59,835 nt of DNA from a virus (taxonomy: Duplodnaviria; Caudoviricetes): IMG/VR virus record IMGVR_UViG_3300027754_000101, positions 1-59,835 of that record; one strand, 5' to 3'. The notes under the pieces are model-generated. The model was not told where the DNA came from, did no database searches, and saw nothing but the letters and a program-made list of their open reading frames with translations. Made by a program: the position numbers and the translations under genes. Shown here piece by piece: positions 54,151-59,835 of the stretch. Each line of letters starts with the position of its first letter. Positions within the stretch are counted from its first letter, which is position 1.

Positions 54151-55581
54151 ATGTTCCAATCCGAACAATTGCAGGACAAGTGGGCACCACTTCTCAACTA
54201 TGAAGGTCTTGATCCAATCAAAGATTCTCATCGTAGAGCAGTAACCGCAGTTCTGCTAGAAAACCAAGAAAGATTTTTAAGAGAGCAATCCTCATTTGAT
54301 AATGGTTCATTATCAATGTTGATGGAGTCACCAACCAACAGTGGCAATGCTGCTGGTGCTTCTGGTGCTTTTGGTGGTAGTGCTGCTGCTGGCGGACCTA
54401 CTGCTGGTTTTGATCCCGTATTGATTTCACTCATCCGTCGTTCAATGCCCAACCTGGTCGCATATGACCTTGCTGGTGTACAACCAATGAGTGGTCCTAC
54501 TGGACTCATCTTCGCAATGCGTTCACGTTATACCAATCAGTCCGGTAACGAAGCATTCTTCAATGAAGTAGACTCCGCATTCTCTGGTCAGGATGCTGGT
54601 CTTGATGAATCTGCTGGATTCAGTGATGGTGCTGCTGGTATTGGTACCACTGTTCAAGGTGGAACCAACCCTTCAGTTCTCAACCCCGTTGGCACTGCGA
54701 CTTCTACTGCCTACAACGTAGGTCAGGGAATGGTTACTGGTGATGCTGAGAATCTTGATGGTACTGGTTCTGATGCATTCAATCAGATGGCTTTCTCAAT
54801 CGAGAAAGTAACTGTGACTGCTAAATCCAGAGCACTCAAGGCCGAGTATTCATTAGAACTCGCACAAGATCTCAAGGCAATCCACGGTTTGAATGCCGAA
54901 GCAGAACTTGCGAATATTCTGTCTACAGAGATTCTTGCTGAAATCAACCGTGAGGTTATCAGAACCATCTACAAGGTGGCTGAGCAAGGTGCTGTACAGA
55001 ATACCGCAACTGCTGGTATCTTTGACCTTGACGTTGACTCCAATGGTCGTTGGTCAGTTGAGAAGTTCAAAGGACTTCTTTTCCAGATTGAGCGTGATGC
55101 TAACGCAATCGCACAAAGAACTCGTCGTGGAAAGGGCAACATCGTAATGTGTTCTGCTGACGTTGCTTCAGCACTCACAATGGCAGGTGTGCTTGATTAT
55201 ACTCCTGCTCTGAACTCGAACCTCAACGTTGATGACACCGGAAATACTTTTGCTGGTACTCTGATGGGTAAATTCCGTGTATATATTGACCCATATTCTG
55301 CTAACCTGACCACTGCTAACGCAACTCCAGGTAACCAGTATTATGTGGTTGGTTATAAGGGTTCTTCCCCTTATGATGCCGGACTATTCTATTGCCCTTA
55401 TGTTCCTCTCCAAATGGTTCGTGCCGTTGGTGAGAATTCCTTCCAACCAAAAATTGGATTCAAGACCCGTTATGGTCTTGTTGCCAATCCATTTGCTGAA
55501 GGAACTGATCAAGGTCTAGGAAGACTTAGAGTGAATGTTAACCGTTACTACAGACGTGTTGCTGTAAAAAATCTAATGTGA
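54151..55581 (+). CDS. gp23: Major capsid protein gp23
   Basis: GVQPMSGPTGLIFAMR, KSRALKAEYSLELAQDLKAIHG, FQPKIGFKTRYG. Confidence 0.98.
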   Translation: MFQSEQLQDKWAPLLNYEGLDPIKDSHRRAVTAVLLENQERFLREQSSFDNGSLSMLMESPTNSGNAAGASGAFGGSAAAGGPTAGFDPVLISLIRRSMPNLVAYDLAGVQPMSGPTGLIFAMRSRYTNQSGNEAFFNEVDSAFSGQDAGLDESAGFSDGAAGIGTTVQGGTNPSVLNPVGTATSTAYNVGQGMVTGDAENLDGTGSDAFNQMAFSIEKVTVTAKSRALKAEYSLELAQDLKAIHGLNAEAELANILSTEILAEINREVIRTIYKVAEQGAVQNTATAGIFDLDVDSNGRWSVEKFKGLLFQIERDANAIAQRTRRGKGNIVMCSADVASALTMAGVLDYTPALNSNLNVDDTGNTFAGTLMGKFRVYIDPYSANLTTANATPGNQYYVVGYKGSSPYDAGLFYCPYVPLQMVRAVGENSFQPKIGFKTRYGLVANPFAEGTDQGLGRLRVNVNRYYRRVAVKNLM

Positions 55582-55599
55582 GTCTTCTCACAAATCTTC

Positions 55600-55627
55600 A
55601 AAGGGGCCCATATGGGTCCCTTTTTTT
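55600..55627 (+). terminator. Intrinsic terminator after gp23
   Basis: AAAGGGGCCCA-TA-TGGGTCCCTTT followed by a T-run. Confidence 0.85.
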
Positions 55628-55647
55628 ATCTAAATATTTAAAAAAAA

Positions 55648-56205
55648 ATGGCATCTACTACATCAGGTCAAATTGAAAATCGTAATTTTCTTTCACCAAG
55701 TGGATTTAAGTTCACGATAAAAAGAAGTCCCAAAGTTGCATTTTTTTGTAATGAGGCAAATATTCCAGATTTAACTCTTGGAATTGCAATTCAACCAACA
55801 TATCTAAAAGATATTGATACTCCAGGAGATAAAATTGTTTTTGGGGATTTGAATCTGCGTTTTATGGTAGATGAAGATCTTGAAAATTATATGGAGATTC
55901 AAAATTGGATTCGTGGTTTGGGATATCCAGAAAAATTGGAAGAGATTTATAATCTTCAAAATAATGGATTTACGAATTCAAAGTATGTTCAAAAATCAAT
56001 GGACATATATTCTGATGGAACACTTCAGGTATTAAGTAGTAATTTTGTTCCAAATTTTCAAATTAGATTTAATGACTTATTTCCATATTCATTGACAACA
56101 TTATCATTTACTGCTACTGATTCAGACATTCAGTACTTTACAGCAGAGGTGAGTTTCAAGTATACTATCTACAATATAACCGATTTAAGTGGAACTCCAT
56201 TATGA
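55648..56205 (+). CDS. gp3: Tail tube terminator/completion protein gp3
   Basis: NFLSPSGFKF, FMVDEDLENYMEIQNW; synteny. Confidence 0.88.
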   Translation: MASTTSGQIENRNFLSPSGFKFTIKRSPKVAFFCNEANIPDLTLGIAIQPTYLKDIDTPGDKIVFGDLNLRFMVDEDLENYMEIQNWIRGLGYPEKLEEIYNLQNNGFTNSKYVQKSMDIYSDGTLQVLSSNFVPNFQIRFNDLFPYSLTTLSFTATDSDIQYFTAEVSFKYTIYNITDLSGTPL

Positions 56206-56639
56206 GTATTGATCTTGAAAAAATTCAAGAGATGTGGGAAAAGGACGCAAAAATAGATCCAGATAATCTTCATACAGAATCTTTAAATATACCAGTTCTT
56301 CACGCAAAATATTTTAATCTTTATAATACAATTGTTCTTTTAAGAAAAAAAGCAGAGCAACAAAAGAAAAATATTCATCACGAAAGATATGAATACTTCT
56401 CTGGAAAGGCAGACCCGGATGTTTATGTAGAGAATCCATTTCCAAAGAAAATTCGGGATAAGGAAACTATGCAAAAATATCTTGATGCAGATGATAAACT
56501 TTCATCTATTAATATGAAAATTTGTTATTATGATACGATCTTATATTATCTTGAAAGTATATTAAAAGTCATTCAAAATCGCACATATCAAATTAAGAAC
56601 TCAATTGAATTTCTGCGATTTAATGCTGGATTGGGGTGA
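56202..56639 (+). CDS. uvsY: Recombination mediator UvsY
   Basis: ESLNIPVLHAKY, RTYQIKNSIEF. Confidence 0.9.
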   Translation: MSIDLEKIQEMWEKDAKIDPDNLHTESLNIPVLHAKYFNLYNTIVLLRKKAEQQKKNIHHERYEYFSGKADPDVYVENPFPKKIRDKETMQKYLDADDKLSSINMKICYYDTILYYLESILKVIQNRTYQIKNSIEFLRFNAGLG

Positions 56640-56667
56640 ATAAATACTCATAGACATATGAATCTTT

Positions 56668-58143
56668 GTGACAGATACTACAGAAAATCTTATTATATCT
56701 AAGTCTAACGAAGTATTTTTAAAAATAAAAACAGAACCTCATATTGAATATGAACTGAGAGATCATTTCAAATTTGAAGTTCCCGGTGCAAAATTTATGC
56801 CTCAGTATCGAGGGAGAAATTGGAATGGGGAAATACACTTATTCGATATTAGAAGTAAACAAATATATGTGGGTCTTTTAGATAAAGTTATAAATTTTTG
56901 CGAACAATTCAATTACACATATAAGTTTGAAAATAATAAATTTTATGGTCAACCTTTTGAGGTGAATGAGGGAATATCATTAGAGGGTGTAAAGGATTAT
57001 ATGAGTTCTATTTGCTCCCATACTCCTCGTGATTATCAAGTGGATGGAGTATACGATGCACTAAAATATAATCGAAAACTGCTGATATCACCCACTGCCT
57101 CAGGAAAATCTCTGATGATTTATTCAATCGTAAGATACTATGTAGATAAAGGGCAAAAAATTCTTTTAGTTGTTCCAACGACATCTCTTGTAGAGCAGAT
57201 GTATAAGGATTTTGAGGATTATGGTTGGGATTCTGAGTCATATTGCCACAAAATTTATTCTGGTAGAGAAAAGACAAATGAACACTCAGTGACAATTACT
57301 ACCTGGCAGTCTATTTATAAATTGGAAAGGTCTTTCTTTGAGGACTATAATGTAATTATAGGTGATGAAGCTCATTTATTCAAGAGCAAGTCACTGATTC
57401 AGATTATGACGAAACTTCATCATGCAAAGTATCGTTTTGGATTTACCGGTACTCTTGATGGTACTCAGACTCATAAATGGGTATTAGAGGGATTGTTTGG
57501 TCCTTCTTATAAAGTTACGAGAACTGATGAGTTAATGAAACAGGGTCATCTTTCACAATTAGATATTCAGTGTATTGTCCTCAAACATCCTCCTCAAAAG
57601 TTTGATGTTTATGAAGATGAAATACAATATCTTATCTCTCACGAACAGAGAAATAGATTTATTACAAACTTGACTTTAGATCTAAAGGGAAACACTCTGG
57701 TATTATATTCAAGAGTAGAAACACACGGAGCAATACTTTACGAAAATATAAATAAAAATAAGCAAAGTGATCGTAAAGTCTTTTTTATTCACGGTGGAGT
57801 GAATGCTGAAGAAAGAGAATTAGTTCGTGAGATTACTGAAAAAGAAAAGAATGCTATTATAGTTGCTTCCTATGGAACATTTTCCACTGGTATCAATATC
57901 AAAAATCTACATAATGTAATTTTTGCCTCTCCAAGTAAATCAAGAATACGAAATCTTCAAAGTATTGGAAGAGTTCTTCGTAAAGGCAAAGATAAAGTCA
58001 AAGCAACACTTTATGATATTGCCGATGATTGTACTTATAACTCAAAAAAGAATTATACACTCAATCATTTGATAGAACGAATTAAAATATATAATGAAGA
58101 AAATTTTAATTATGAAATAGTCACAATACAACTAAAAAAATGA
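56668..58143 (+). CDS. uvsW: DNA helicase UvsW
   Basis: SPTASGKS, DEAH, QSIGRVLR. Confidence 0.95.
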   Translation: MTDTTENLIISKSNEVFLKIKTEPHIEYELRDHFKFEVPGAKFMPQYRGRNWNGEIHLFDIRSKQIYVGLLDKVINFCEQFNYTYKFENNKFYGQPFEVNEGISLEGVKDYMSSICSHTPRDYQVDGVYDALKYNRKLLISPTASGKSLMIYSIVRYYVDKGQKILLVVPTTSLVEQMYKDFEDYGWDSESYCHKIYSGREKTNEHSVTITTWQSIYKLERSFFEDYNVIIGDEAHLFKSKSLIQIMTKLHHAKYRFGFTGTLDGTQTHKWVLEGLFGPSYKVTRTDELMKQGHLSQLDIQCIVLKHPPQKFDVYEDEIQYLISHEQRNRFITNLTLDLKGNTLVLYSRVETHGAILYENINKNKQSDRKVFFIHGGVNAEERELVREITEKEKNAIIVASYGTFSTGINIKNLHNVIFASPSKSRIRNLQSIGRVLRKGKDKVKATLYDIADDCTYNSKKNYTLNHLIERIKIYNEENFNYEIVTIQLKK

Positions 58144-58532
58144 TAGAGGAAGATTTTTACTGCACTCTCAAACTTAAGTCTGGTGAAGAAGTTTTTGCCA
58201 AAGTTGCAGCCTCAGAAGAGGAAGAGAGAACTTTTTTGATTGTCTCAAACCCAATTGTAATCTCTGAATATAAAAGTAGAGGTGGTGAATCTGGATATAA
58301 GATAGAACCCTGGTTGAAGACGACAACAGAAGATATGTTTATTATCAAACTTGATGATGTTTTGACTCTTTCTGAATCTTATGATATTGAAATGATATCA
58401 ATGTATCAATCTTATTTGAGACAATCTTATAAGAAAAAAAATAATGAATCAAACATTAATCGTCAAATGGGATATCTCTCAAGTGTAAATGATGCTAAAG
58501 ATATCTTAGAGAAGCTCTATGAAAGTAGCTAA
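58140..58532 (+). CDS. Conserved hypothetical protein between uvsW and gp55
   Basis: LKLKSGEEV N-terminus; synteny. Confidence 0.8.
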   Translation: MIEEDFYCTLKLKSGEEVFAKVAASEEEERTFLIVSNPIVISEYKSRGGESGYKIEPWLKTTTEDMFIIKLDDVLTLSESYDIEMISMYQSYLRQSYKKKNNESNINRQMGYLSSVNDAKDILEKLYESS

Positions 58533-58580
58533 TATAACTTTTCAACCCTCACAAAGGTTATTCTATCAGATTTGAGAAAC

Positions 58581-58609
58581 TTGTCAACTATTTCTAAAAG
58601 TGTTATAAT
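58581..58609 (+). promoter_or_regulatory. Sigma70-type promoter for gp55
   Basis: TTGTCA-17 bp-TATAAT with an extended TGn. Confidence 0.75.
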
Positions 58610-58634
58610 ATCTACATAATAATGAGTAAAACTT

Positions 58635-59174
58635 ATGATCACCACAAACATTATGACCAAAAGAAAAAGGTCAGAACATTACGTAAATAATAAAGAGTTT
58701 CTTGCTGCTCTCACAAAGTATCGTGAGGATGTTGAAATCAGCTTTATCAGAAAGTATGGTAGAGAACCAACAAGAGAAGATAGGTCAAAAGGATGGGATA
58801 CAAAATCACAAATACCAAGATATATTGGTGAGTGTTTTTTGAAGATTGCAAATCATCTCTCTTTCAAACCAAACTTCGTAAACTATATGTTCAAGGAAGA
58901 TATGATTTCTGATGGTATTGAAAACTGTGTTCAGTATATTCATAACTTTGACCCAGAGAAATCACAGAACCCATTTGCGTATTTTACTCAGATTATTCAC
59001 TATGCCTTTCTTCGTCGTATTCAAAAAGAAAAACGTCAGTTAGAAATCAAAAATAAGATTCTTGAACGTTCTGAATACTCTGAGGTCTTTACCGATGATA
59101 ATACAGTTGACACCGGAAACTATTCAGACTATAATAGCATCAAGGATGGAATCCACTCTAAACTTCGTTATTGA
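58635..59174 (+). CDS. gp55: Late transcription sigma factor gp55
   Basis: HYVNNKEF, EDMISDGIENC, NPFAYFTQI. Confidence 0.96.
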   Translation: MITTNIMTKRKRSEHYVNNKEFLAALTKYREDVEISFIRKYGREPTREDRSKGWDTKSQIPRYIGECFLKIANHLSFKPNFVNYMFKEDMISDGIENCVQYIHNFDPEKSQNPFAYFTQIIHYAFLRRIQKEKRQLEIKNKILERSEYSEVFTDDNTVDTGNYSDYNSIKDGIHSKLRY

Positions 59175-59835
59175 ATGAAAGTCGCAATCATCACTGACAC
59201 TCACTATGGTTGCCGAAAAGGTTCTAAACTTTTTCAAGATTATTTTGAGTCATTTTATAAAAACATTTTTTTCCCGACACTGGAACAGCACGGGATTACA
59301 ACTGTTATTCATATGGGAGATGCCTTTGATAGTCGTAAATCAATTGATTATCAAAGTTTAGAATGGACAAAAAGAGTTGTTTTAGATCCTCTTTCAAAAT
59401 ACAACGTTCATATGTTAGTGGGAAATCACGATGCATATTATAAGAACACGAATAATGTAAATTCCCCATCTCTTCTACTTCAAAATTACTCTAATATCAA
59501 AACTTATAGTGATCCAGAAGTAGTTAAAATAGGAAATTTGAATACTCTTTTCATTCCTTGGATATGTGCCGATAATGAAGAAAAAACTTTACGTCTCATA
59601 AAAAAAAGTGGATGTAAGGTTGCGATGGGACACTTGGAACTAAATGGATTTGAAGCCTATCGTGGACATACGATGGATGATGGTATGGATTCTATAGTTT
59701 TTGATGGGCTTACAAAAGTATTTTCTGGGCATTATCATACTCGTTCTACTAATGGTGTCGTTTTTTATTTGGGAAATCCTTATGAAATGTATTGGAATGA
59801 TGTAAATGATACTCGTGGATTTCATATTTTTGATA
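59175..59835 (+). CDS. gp47: Recombination endonuclease gp47 (Mre11/SbcD-like), 3'-truncated by the window edge
   Basis: Translated by hand: MKVAIITDTHYG, HMGDAFD, VGNHD, GHLEL, FSGHYH. Confidence 0.93.
   Translation, partial: MKVAIITDTHYGCRKGSKLFQDYFESFYKNIFFPTLEQHGITTVIHMGDAFDSRKSIDYQSLEWTKRVVLDPLSKYNVHMLVGNHDAYYKNTNNVNSPSLLLQNYSNIKTYSDPEVVKIGNLNTLFIPWICADNEEKTLRLIKKSGCKVAMGHLELNGFEAYRGHTMDDGMDSIVFDGLTKVFSGHYHTRSTNGVVFYLGNPYEMYWNDVNDTRGFHIFD

Noticed and set aside
404-59825. Other minus-strand and nested ORFs in the track (e.g. 706-1263, 5799-6212, 33664-34023, 42650-43108, 59640-59825)
   Set aside because: They overlap well-supported plus-strand genes and show no recognisable motifs.
1-59835. 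tRNA or rRNA genes
   Set aside because: No cloverleaf with a T-loop consensus was seen in the intergenic regions by eye; tRNAscan-SE or ARAGORN would be needed to exclude them formally.

Overview
AT-rich, almost entirely plus-strand segment of a T4-like myovirus whose gene content and order match cyanomyoviruses. Bases 1-10.3 kb are an accessory region of small genes, organised into cassettes by seven near-identical copies (plus two degenerate copies) of a 26-bp element, TGGGCCCCTGAAAGTGTCC(T/C)TA(T/A)(A/T)GT-like, ending in a -10-like box. This region also holds a frameshifted SF2 helicase, a MutH/Sau3AI-like nuclease next to a Dam methylase, a ligase-motif protein, an HNH endonuclease and several structured non-coding segments. 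Bases 10.8-59.8 kb are the conserved T4-type core: a glycosyltransferase-like gene, gp25, gp6, a giant gp7, gp8, a VrlC-like protein, gp13-gp23, gp3, uvsY, uvsW, gp55 and a truncated gp47. The terminase large subunit (gp17) is fractured into two genes joined by an atypically split intein (29-aa IntN, 103-aa IntC), with a GIY-YIG endonuclease between the halves. All calls come from reading motifs and synteny; no database searches were run.
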